From NCBI RefSeq assembly GCF_009914755.1, contig NC_060925.1: a stretch of 64,000 nt of DNA; one strand, given 5' to 3'. Shown piece after piece: positions 29,301 to 41,545 of the stretch. Source of the DNA: the human T2T-CHM13v2.0 reference genome, Homo sapiens. Position 1 is the first letter of the stretch. Every line of letters starts with the position of its first letter. Made by a program: the position numbers and the translations under genes. The notes beneath the pieces were generated by a model that was given only the letters and a program-made list of their open reading frames with translations, was not told where the DNA came from and did not search any database.

Positions 29301-31479
29301 GACATAAAAATTGCCTATGATAAACATTTGCATATCAGGTTCAACCTGAAATTTTCCAATCTCAGAACTGCATTTCTTTAGAGAGTTTTTACACTAAAAT
29401 GTTTTGGAAGGTTAGGCAATATAAAAATTAAATACTATTGTTCAATTTTATAACTGATAAAGCACAATTAATTCATTACGGCACAATCACAAAGGGGTTC
29501 TAATGGTCTTTAAACTGATATTTAAGGAAGGAAGGAAAGGAAGGAGGGAGGGAGGGAGAAAAACCAGACAGATGAACAGGAAGTAAGACCCACAGACTTG
29601 CAGCTAAGTGCCCCTTTTGCATCTGGCTGCTAGGTACTATTGGGTCCTATGGCTTCAGGCTGTTCCTGTATTTTCCCTGTCTTGGAGCCCTATGATAACA
29701 ATTTATCTTAAAGTAGCAGTCCCAGTTATTCAACAAAACACTGCATGATTACGTGTGAAAGTAACATGAAGTTTTACATTGATAGCAGTAATAAACAATA
29801 GTCTTCTTGTGTTTTCAAAAATATAAAATCTTTTTTCTTTTAGTAACATAGCAGTGATTGATCCTTTCGAAACAATAAAACCATTTTTGTCAACTTTATT
29901 ACACTAAAGTACACAGTGTTTGCACAATAGTGCTACTCTTTAAAGGATCAATTCTGAACCACTTTAGTGGTAAACAGGATTCAACAAGTACCTACTATTC
30001 AAGATAAGTCTTTTAATGAAATTATAAACATGAAAAAAACATCCAAATGTCTAGCAGTGAGGAACCTAGTACACATACATTTGAAGTAATAGCCCTAGGA
30101 CTACGTAGCTAAAGGTGAAAAGAATAACAGCTTCCAAGGTGGCATTTAATATCTGTTCCCACAGTCTCTCTCTTCAGAACAATCGACCCTTATTTTTGGC
30201 TAAAACACTGAGGCTGAAATACGGCATTGTGCACAAATTTATTGTAATACTGTTTTCTGGAGACTCAATGAGAGTACATAAGAGCCAGATGTATCCTGTG
30301 TACTTGTGTGACAACCGTAACTCCAGTTGTATCCAAACATTTCACTGAATTTGGCCAAACAGCCAGGAATTTTAGAAACTTCTGGGACAAATATATTCAT
30401 CTATAGCTTCTGTATTAAGTTCTTTCATCGGTAGGCAAGTTTGGTTAAGGTCCGTGAGCTCCTTTTGACAGAGTACTACACTGATACAGCTTCTATCATC
30501 CTAAGTTTGCTCTCTAAAGCTAAAGAAAAGCAAAATCATTACTCATACTGAAAATTCTGTCAATTTCTTCAAATTGTGACTTTATTTCTCTAATAAAGCC
30601 TTCATAAATCTGATATCATTGAATGCAACACAATTCGGCAGTAGAAATGACTGGGCACAAGGTAATAACTGCTCTATTCAGATGTCTGACATGAGTCTAA
30701 ATTTCTATACTTCCTAAGAAAAATCAGCAATGTTTTTGTTTTCTCCCCCTGCAGTTTCATATTTAGGGTATACAGATGTCCTGTCACAGCAGTTAAAAAG
30801 TACAGTCTTGTGAGTCACTAGGGGTCTGACAAGTAGAGTCTCAAAGCCCGATAATTACAAAAAGTCCTTGATTTGAAAAGAGCTCATTTCATTTTTTTTT
30901 CCAGCAATTTCTACATTGTTGCCTGCATTAACAAAAGAATAAAAATCATAAAAATTAAGCTTCTATATTCTGTTCAGCCACATAAGTATCCTAAAAATTA
31001 GCAATAGTTAAATGCATACATATAGTAAAATTCAATTATTTTCTTAATCCATGTGAATACTTATTTATCATCTACTATGTGTAAGACAATGGGTTGGGTA
31101 ATTCACTACATCACATAATAATCTGATAGGCAAGTTAACAACACAAGCCTTTTAGATAAATGACAAAGTGGAAGCTGAGAACACCCAAATTTAGTTGGAA
31201 TAAAATGTTCAAGCCTCTTTCACAAGCTACATTTTAGGTATTCCATCTGGGAAGATTGAAGTAGAGTTTTTTTTATAGAAAGACCAAACATCCCAGTTGT
31301 CTTATTAGCATGTCCTTTGGTCCAACTAAGTCACTCATGCTCATAAATGATGTAAGAACTTGCTTTTTGGTAAAAAAATTTTAAGGAGGGCTATATACCC
31401 TGAAGTCAAAAGGGTCGAGATTATACAATTTAAGCTTTGTTTCTTGAGGAATCCTGCTGGGTTTAGGCTGTGATGAACA

Positions 31480-32078
31480 TCTGCTGGTTGGCTGACAGTG
31501 TCTATTCCTTCTACTAATAATAACATACTGATTGTGAGTGACAGTGTCTATTCCTTCTAATAACAACATCCTGATTTTTTCCACAGGAAAATATCCTTCT
31601 CCCATCCTTACGGTAGGAGACGCAGTGACACAGTCTCCGATTCCCTGGCCCAGGCCTGGCCATTCACAGCACCCCATGCTATGCCCATTATAGTTGGCTC
31701 AGGGATGTGGATATTCCCTAGTGAAAGTCATCAAGAATCAATTCTAGAACAGTTCTGAAACTACTGGAAAGAAAAAAATTCCTCTTTTTGGGGTGGGGGA
31801 AGGATTCCAGAGATAAGATATAAGTTTCAAGCGCTGGGAGCCCTCCGTCTCTGGAAGCGGGAGAGCCTGGCCAAGAATGGCTCAATCCCGAGGAAAACAG
31901 CCAACAGATGGAAGGCGCCAGATTTAGGACCAAAGCCATCCTTTAAGCCTGTGGATTCAACATTTTAGTTCTCTAAGCCAATAAACATCTATTTCCTTTT
32001 AAAAATGTCTCAGCATAATAAGACTGGCTGAGTTGGGTTTCTCTTACTTAAAACCCAAAACGTCTTAAGAATTAATAC
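31480..32078 (+). mobile_element. ERVL LTR16-family solo LTR
   Basis: caggcctggccattcacagc...ggctcagggatg...gagagcctggccaagaatgg...gccaataaa...gagttgggtttctcttacttaaaacccaaaa. Confidence 0.65.
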
Positions 32079-32501
32079 TAAAGTCCTAAACTGAAACCTT
32101 TGCCTAGGGTTTAGTATCCTCCAGAGTTGACAAGATATTTTCTTCCACAGGCTTTTCCACTTTTCCTTAATCTGGAAGTTTTTCACCTACTTTGTCACTG
32201 ACATCATAAGGCAGAATAGTGTAGGGACATTAAAGAAAGGCAGTCAGCTGCAGCTCACTAAAGAGAGTAATCTATCCCTGAGCTTAAGATGCTGGTGCAG
32301 GTGGCATCTGGGGACAAGAAAGGGAACTAAAACTGCTAAACACCTGCCATGAGCCAGGCACAGTTCTGCCTGTTTTACCTACATCAGTCCACTTAGCCTT
32401 ATTTCATATCTGCATAACACTGTGAAGAAGAGACAGATGCCTTAGGGACTAAGAAATTGCTAGTCAGAGAATATAGTGGATCAACATTTAGTACAGAGTA
32501 G

Positions 32502-32883
<382 letters not shown>

Positions 32884-33427
32884 AGGAATGTTTTAAATCT
32901 GCTCCATGCCTCAGTTTCCCAACATGATTAAAAGTCATCTTTGTCTGACTTATAGGGATAGTGTGAGAATAATTAAGATGTTACTCATCAAATATTTTAA
33001 AACAATACTTGGCATATTGTAAGCTGCTAATAGCAAAGCCTGAAATTAAGTCATGATAAACACCTAAATGTTCTGAGAAAGAGTGTATTAAATGAACTGA
33101 TAAGAGGAAATGACCAGTCCAGCCCACAGTTTCATGGGACAAGAACAGAACAAACAAAGAAGGGCAGGAAAAGCCATAGTTATAACCAAAGATGAGAAAC
33201 CAAGAAGAGAATCCTTCAAGAGGATTCTTTCTCAGGCTCGCTTGGCTAACAGTTGTATTGCTTCTGTAATGTGAATGGACTAGAAGTTAATATCAAGATG
33301 TTAATTTATCTTATTTGTAGTGTGTGTATATAGTTATACTTGAGTTACTACCTTTATAAAGTCTTAAAAAAGTTTACTCCAGATATTCTTATATTGAACA
33401 TCTGAACTGAGATATGAAACTGCAATA

Positions 33428-33729
33428 ACCTGGGCACAGTGGCTCATGTCTGTAATCCCAGCACTTTGGGAGGCTGAAGCAGGCGGATCACTCGAGGTCA
33501 AGAGTTCGAAACAAGCCTGGCCAACATGGCAAAACCTGTCTTTACTAAAAATGCAAAAATTAGCCGGATGTGGTGGTACAAGCCTCTAATCCCAGCTGTT
33601 GGGGAGGCTGAGGCAGCAGTCACCTGAACCCAGGAAGGCGGAGGTTGCAGTGAGCCAAGATCGCACCACTGCACTCCAGCCTGAGCAACAGAACTAGACT
33701 CTGTTCCAAAAACAAACAAACAAACCAAA
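33428..33729 (+). mobile_element. AluS
   Basis: Full Alu with (CAAA)n tail. Confidence 0.95.
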
Positions 33730-33789
33730 TTATGTGATTCTCCTGCGTCCACTATCCTTTCCAACCCAGAGGCCAACATTCTTTTAAAA

Positions 33790-34500
33790 AAAAAGTTTAA
33801 TTCCCTTTGTCAGCTCTTCTCTCCACACACCAGCCTAAGTAAACCCTAATCAGAAGCAAACCAAGATTTCTCCACACACTAAATTATCTGCCTTCCATAC
33901 CCAGGCTGCTAACTGCTATTGGAAATAAAAAGCCACACAACTGAGATGAACTCTATCAATGTATGTGCAAGTGGGCAATCCCAACAGTCTCTAGTGATCT
34001 CGCTCTTCGGTTCTTCACATAAGGCATTTAGAACGTTCTCAAGTCCATTCAAACCTTTTCATCACCTCCCTGCCATCCCCCACCTTAGCAAACAAATTTG
34101 CCTTCTATCTTACAAATAAAATATAAATGAATACTTTTTCATTTCCTGCCCTGAAACTGTAAACTTAACTCCAATATACCTGCCCTTTATGTTCCTTCTA
34201 GTAAAATGAAAGAAATGTCTTTCCTCCCATCTAAGGCTAAGCTCTCCATCTGTATATTCTGGCTCCTGCTGTCTTTCACTTAATTAGGAACCTCATTCAA
34301 TCCATCAGCCCCTCTCCTTCTTGTTTTTCTCAACATCTCCCTGTCTACTGGAGCCTTCTCAATTGGCAGACAGGTTTTAGGTCCTCCTTTATTAAAACCA
34401 ACCAAAACTCTGAACAGTGCCATTTCCTTTCTCTCTCTTTCCCTTGAAAGCCCAACTTCCTGGAAGAACGGTCAATATATGCTTGTCCCCACTTTCTCAC
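33790..34500 (+). mobile_element. L2 fragment
   Basis: Pyrimidine-rich degenerate L2 ORF2/3' sequence (ctttcctcccatctaaggctaag...ccccactttctcac). Confidence 0.55.
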
Positions 34501-36397
34501 AGGCGGCTACAATATAAAACCTGGCTGAGGTAGCCCAGAAATCAGAGATTCCAGGTGACCCTTCAATTCGGAAATGTGAGTGGAGAGCGACAGTGAAGCA
34601 CTGTTTATTCACAGCAGGAGTTCCGTCAATGGACAAGCACTACCAAGACCATATCTCAGACTCTGGGAAGATGACTGGCTGGTAAGATCTTAGAGTGAGG
34701 TCTTGGCCTCTTTTGTGCTAATCCTCATCATAGAGGGTATTTGGGCAGCACCTAGAGTCTGTGGGCATAAAGGTGCATACTTATTACTTTTCTCCCACAG
34801 AAAGGGAAAATAAAAGGAAAGGATTTTCTTAAGAAATTCTCATCTTTCCAATCAAAATTGATCTGTCCTTCATTGAATGTCTAAACACTTTAACAGTAAT
34901 TTGATTTAATAGCTACTTGTCTACAGACCTTTCTCTTGATTATAGGCTTCTTGGCAGTAGACTATGTAATTGTTTTTCTGTGTTGTCCATGGCTCCAAGC
35001 ACAAGTGGTCAAAAGAACAAGCCAGGGAATCGTGAGGTCAAACTGGGATGATGAGAGGCCCTGATGTATAGAAAACTAAAATGAGGTAAAATACATAAAG
35101 GGTTTTATAAACTACAAAGCGTCAAATAAAGATGAAATGATTTTACATACAGCTAGATCATAACATGTATTTGCTGAGAAAATGGATAACTGTTAAACAG
35201 ACATTTGTAATGTTATAAAGCCAACAAGGCCATTTCAATAATTTTCTCTGGGTAAAGTGTTAGACAATGGGTAGGATGAACTGTGGGTTTGAATATCTGC
35301 CAACTACTATGTTCTTACCTGTGAAATGAAGATTCTCTTACTAGTTTTTATATCACAAAGTTTTAATTTTTTTTAATAAAATACCTAGGAATATAGCTAA
35401 CTAGGGAGGTGAAAGATCTCTACAAGGAGAACTACAAACCACTGCTCAAAGAAATAAGAGATGGCACAAGCAAATAGAAAAACATCCCATGCTCATGGGT
35501 AGGAAGAATCAATATCATTAAAATGGACATAATGCCCAAGCAATTTATAGATTAAATGCTATTCCTATTAAACTACCATTGAGATTCTTCACAGAACTAG
35601 AAAAAAACTATTGTTTAGGCAATCCTGAGCAAAAAGAACAAAGCTGGAGACATCACACTACCCAACTTCAAAGTATACTACAGGGCTACCATAACCAAAA
35701 CAGCATGGTACTGGTACAAAAACAGACACATAGGCCAATGGAATATAACACAGAGCCCAGAAATAAGGCTGCACACCTGCAACAATCTGATCTATGACAA
35801 ACCAGACAGAAACAAGCAATGGTAAAAGGATTCCCTTCAATAAATGGTGCTGGGATAACTGGCTAGCCATATGTGGAAGATAAAACTGGACCCCTTCCTT
35901 ACAGCATATACAAAAATTGTGATGGATTAAAGATTTAAATGTAAAACCCAAAACATAAAAACTCTGGAAGACAACCTAAGCAATACTATTCAGGACATAG
36001 CCATGGGCAGACTTCATGATGAAGATGCCAAAAGCAATGGCAACCAAAGAAAAAGTTGACAAATGGGATCTAACTAAAGAGCTTCTGTACAGACAAAGAA
36101 ACTATCAACAGAGTAGACAACCTACAGAATGTGACAAAATTTTTGTAAACTTTGCATCTCACAAAGGTGTAACACCCAGCATCTGTAAGGAACTTAAACA
36201 AATTTACAAGAAAAAAACCCAAACAACCCCATTAAGAAGTGGGTAAAGGACATGAACAGACACTTTTCAAAAGACATACATGCAGCCAACAATGATATGA
36301 AAAAAAAAGCTCAACATCACTGATCATTGGAGAAATGCAAATGAAAACCACAATGAGATACTATCTCACACCAGTCAGAACAGCTATAAGAAGTCAA

Positions 36398-36754
<357 letters not shown>

Positions 36755-37077
36755 TCAACCATTGTGCGAGATAGTGTGGCAATTCCTCAAAGACTTAAAG
36801 ACAGAAATACCATTCGATCCAGCAATCTCATTACTGCATATATACCCAAAGGAATATAAGTCATTCTATTATAAAGACACATGCATGCGTATGTTCACTG
36901 CAGCACTATTCACAATAGCAAAGACATGGAATAAACTTAAATGCCAATCAATAAACCGGATTTAAGAATGTGGCACACAGACACCATGGAATACTATGCA
37001 CCCATAAAAAAGAATTAGATCATGTCCTTTACAGGGACATTGGTGGAGCTGGAGGTCATTGTCCTTAGCAAACTAAC

Positions 37078-37463
37078 TGATACGGTTTGGCTCTGTGTCC
37101 CCACCCAAATCTCATCTCGAATTGTAATTACCATGTGTCAGAGGAGGTCTGGCGGCGGGTGATTGAATCATGGGGGTGAACTTCCCTTTGCTGTTGGGGA
37201 AGTGATAGTGAGTTCTCAAGAGATCTGGTTGTCTGAAAGTGTGTGGTACTTCCCCCTTAGTTCTCCTGTCTCTCTCCTGCTCCTCCATGGTAAAACGTGC
37301 TTGCCTTCTTTTTGCCTTCTGCCATGATAGTTAAGTTTCCTGAGGCTTCCCAGTCATGTTTCCTGTTAAGCCTGTGGAGCTGTGAGTCAATTAAACCTCT
37401 TTTCTTCATAATTTACCTAGTCTCATGTAGTTCTTTATACCAGTGTGAAAACGGACTAATACG
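37078..37463 (+). mobile_element. THE1D-like MaLR solo LTR nested in the L1 3' region
   Basis: tgatacggtttggctctgtgtccccacccaaatctcatctcgaattgtaa...ggactaatacg; TSD ctaac/ctaat. Confidence 0.9.
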
Positions 37464-37914
37464 CTAATATAGGAACAGAAAACCAAATACTTCATGTTCT
37501 CACTTATAAGTGGGAGCTAAATGATGAGAACACATGGACACACAGAGAGGAAAAACAGACACTGGGGCCTACTGGAGGTTGTGGTGGGGGAAGGGAGAGA
37601 TATCAGTAAAAAAACCAATGGGTACTAGATGTAATACCTGGATGATGAAATAATCTATACGACAATATTCATGACACAAGTTTACCTATGTAACAAACCT
37701 GCACAGGTATGCAGTTACCCCTGAAAATGAAAGTAATCTTTTTGATTACATGTGCTACAAATACTAAGACACCTGCTTCTCTCAATCTTCGCAAAATCAG
37801 AAATCTCAGTCGTGAAAAGAATACTTTGAATATTTTACAGGCTTTTTATAATGAATTCAATAGTTTATTCAGTTCACACAATTTTTATAAAACTTTCTTT
37901 TGTCCAAAACTGGG

Positions 37915-38272
37915 TGATATGGTTTGGCTGTGTCCCCACCCAAATCTCATCTTGTAGTTCCCATAATCCCCATGTGTCATGGGAGGAACCCAGTGGGAGG
38001 TAACTGAATCATGGGGGCAGTTTCCTCCATACTGTTCTCATGAAAGTGAGTGAGTTCTCATGAGATCTGATGGTTTTATAAGCATCTGGCATTTCCCCTG
38101 CTGGCACTCATTCTCTCCCCTGCTGCCCTGTAAAGAGGTGCCTTCCGCCATGATTGTAAGTTTCCTGAGGCCTCCCCAGCAATGTGGAACTGTGAGTCAA
38201 TAAAACCTCTTTTCTTATAGTATACCCAGTCTCGGGTATTTCTTCACAGCTGCATGAAAACAGACTAATACA
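37915..38272 (+). mobile_element. THE1C-like MaLR solo LTR
   Basis: tgatatggtttggctgtgtccccacccaaatctcatcttg...cagactaataca. Confidence 0.9.
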
Positions 38273-39419
38273 TGGGGAGATATCACAGTTTGATGGTGGT
38301 GCTCTATTCTCTTTAAAAATAAAAATCACCTGAGAAGTGGTAGTTGCCAGGTGCAAACAAATGTCTGTATACTGTTGCTTGTTCTTTTCCTCCTTCTATA
38401 CAGCTTTGTCTAGCAGTATCTACACACATTCTTTTCAAAATACTTAAGTTTTGGCAGCTCTCATTTAAGGCCACAGCCTCTCAGTTCAATTACAAAACCA
38501 TTTACTGAGAACATATTATGGGTTAGACATCATGGGAGATATATTTTAATTAATCTCAATTAATGACCATAGAATTCATAACTTAGATCAATATGAGATT
38601 TTTTAAGTTAATTATAAACTTATATTTCTCAGGATATAGACTTCTCCCTCATGTTCCATATATCTGTTATGTCAGGATTGTCTGTTGTAGCTAATATTTG
38701 GGAAATGAAGATGGCAAATACTGCTTTGCAATGAAAATGCTCCAGAAACATTTAAGATATTCCTGCTACTGTGTATAGAAAGATTAGTATCCCATGAGAA
38801 AAGTTTATTTGATGTAGTATCTTCTTACCTCTCCATCTTTGCCCTTATGACACAAACAAATGGCTCCATTTTATCTGAATTACATCTCACAGAAGACCAT
38901 TCAAAAGTAATGAAATACTTAGAGACTCTTGTCATTCATTCATTCACTCATTCAACAAGCATTTGCTGATAACTCATATTCCTTGGTAAGATATATCTAC
39001 TAAGAACCATGTATGAGAAAAAACGAAGAATTGACCAATTTAGTTAAATGAATGAAAGACTATCAAAACATAGAAAGACTTCCTAATCAGCAAATCAATC
39101 CATAAACTAACAGGTCTTATGCAAAGTCATAGGAATTAGAAAAAAAGAAAAGCCTAAGACTAAAAATTTTCAGTGAATTTAGGTTCACATTTAGATTTGC
39201 TCTTAGTTGGGTGCAAACACCATACTTGGATGACAATTGCTTTAAATTATATACAAACAAAATCATACTTCATTTCCTTCTCATTAGTTCTTTAACGGGA
39301 GAACTCTGTAAGGAATAACTGTCTATTCACCATTTTTAGTTTCCTATTTTCCTAAATACCAATATCTACACTTCCTAAATACTATATATTTTTCTATTTT
39401 ATCCCACAGAATATAAGAC

Positions 39420-39640
39420 TTTGAGGCAGCATGATTTAGTGATGAGACTCTGGGTTCTATAGCAGAAAGACAAGGGTTCACCACTTGTTAGCTGTGACAC
39501 ATGGTAGGTTTCTGTAAGCTCAGGTTCCTCTATGATTAATAATATCTAATTTTTATAGGGCATGATGAGGATAAAGTATGTACATTCTTAACCAAAGACC
39601 TACCACATAGTAAGTGCCCAATAAAAGATCATTATTATTC
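39420..39640 (+). mobile_element. MIR
   Basis: gaggcagcatg...ccacttgttagctgtgac...cacatagtaagtgcccaataaa. Confidence 0.7.
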
Positions 39641-40639
39641 ATTTATTCGCCAAATGCTTACAGAAACCTACCTGCTCAGTGCTGAGTACTGATTTGAACT
39701 TAAGGACCTTAAGGTAAACAAAATAGACATTCATTACCCTCAAAGTTGATTCTCATGAAGGGATACCAACAATAAACATATGAAAAAAAATCTAGGAATA
39801 GTGTTAAATACAAACGGAAATTATGCTATCATCATTAATTAAAATTATTTTTAGTGAATGACACTCGTCTATAAGTGAAAGTCAAATTTTCTTGTTACCT
39901 ACTTGGTTTAAAAAAAAGACATAGCTAATATCTATTGACAAAATAAAAAATGTTTAATAACTTGCTTCAATAACAGAAACCCATAAAGTAAAATTTGTTT
40001 CCAAAAATGAAATAGCTTACTCTGTACTTATCACAATTTTAAACACATGATTTTAAAATCATTTTTAACTTCCATTAGTCTGCTTTACATAATTTTAATG
40101 AACAAATATTTTCTCTATAAGCAATAAAATATCTGTGATATTATACTACATTTTTGTAATTATATACTATTATAATATAATTATTTAAATACATGTAGGG
40201 AAGCAAGTAAGGCATGCAATAATTAAGATAAGTAATTATATGATTAGTAAGTCTAATTACATAGCATATAATCAGAGACTTTATGAAGAATTTTTGCTTA
40301 CATGGACAGATGATTTTTCATATGCTTATGCACTATAAATCTGTTAAAAATTCATAATTTGAAATAATATTTTAATCAAAATCATTCAAGAAGCTTTAAA
40401 TTCTTAAGAAAATATAACAAGAATTCTTCAGAAATCATGAAAAAAAAAAACAGAGAGAAACCTAGACCAGTCAGGAGTGCAAATCTGGTTATGTCAGAAA
40501 CAGAAAAAGATGTATGGTCAGTAAACAAAGTCTTTGCTCTTTGTAGGCCTGCACCGGCATTCTATTTGATGCAAATGTTACTAAACACACAGGCAAGGTA
40601 TCATCAATTCGTTCAATTCATTCTCATTGTCATTTAAGA

Positions 40640-40825
40640 AAGGGTCTCTGGAGATCAGTGTTCCTAAAAGGCATCAGTATCAATTGGGAACTTGCTAGAA
40701 ATGCAAATTCTCAAACCCTAACAAAGACCTACAGAATCAGAAACTGGAAGTGGACTCAGCAACTCCTAATTTAACAAGCCTTCCAGCTGATTCTTACACA
40801 TAGTACAGTTGAATACCACCCACCG
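40640..40825. mobile_element. MER5A-like hAT element
   Basis: gcatcagtatcaattgggaacttgctagaaatgcaaattctc...acagaatcagaaactgg...tttaacaagccttccagctgattct. Confidence 0.85.
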
Positions 40826-41449
40826 CTCTAGGTTAATATTCAAAGAACCAAGACTGCTAGTCTTCTCTAATAATATTTTAACCTTGAAAACAGTGCCAAA
40901 AAAGTCTCCTTTGCCAGCCACATTAGCAATTTCAACCATGAACTGAGAAATACGAACACAGATCTCACTCACTGTTGTGTTTGTTGTATCTGAATATTTT
41001 TTTAAAACTTTGTGCCATGTTAGGCAGAAATCATGTTAAGCAATTTATATCCATTAACACAATAAAATGCTGCAACAGAAGTACTTATCGTTAACCCAGT
41101 TTTCAAGGGAGGAAACCAGAGTTTAGAGGGGTTATGGAACTTGTATAAGGAAGGTCAAATGGCATGATTGCCGATGACAAAATAACTACATATCATGTAA
41201 CATCACCCATTTTCATTTAAATTATTTAGTTTTCAGTTATCATAGCCTTGGATGCCACAGAAAATATTCTTTAACATTACAGGCTAAGAACTTTATTAAG
41301 AAAATAAGATAATTTTTTAAATTCTTAATCAACCTATTTTTAGATGGGTAAATTTGCAATTACCTATCAGTTACTAACATAACTTCAAGTAGTATATCTA
41401 GTTGTGAAATACGGGGAAAAAATACTGACTGCCTTACCAACAAACCAAC

Positions 41450-41545
41450 CTGATGTATATGAATAAAACCTTGTAAACTTCTCCTATGTATATGAATAAA
41501 ACCTCTCTGATGTATATGAATAAAAACCTTGTAAAACCTCTCTTA
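41450..41545. repeat. Irregular local triplication of atgtatatgaataaaacc
   Basis: Copies start at 41453, 41486 and 41510. Confidence 0.9.

Noticed and set aside
37078-38272. Two same-orientation THE1 LTRs as a provirus
   Set aside because: The subfamily signatures differ, the first LTR has its own TSD inside L1, and the spacer is L1 3'UTR rather than THE1 internal sequence.
40047-40062. 16-bp palindrome atgattttaaaatcat, plus 8-10 bp stems at 14580-14611 and ~33209-33229
   Set aside because: Within chance expectation for this length and base composition.
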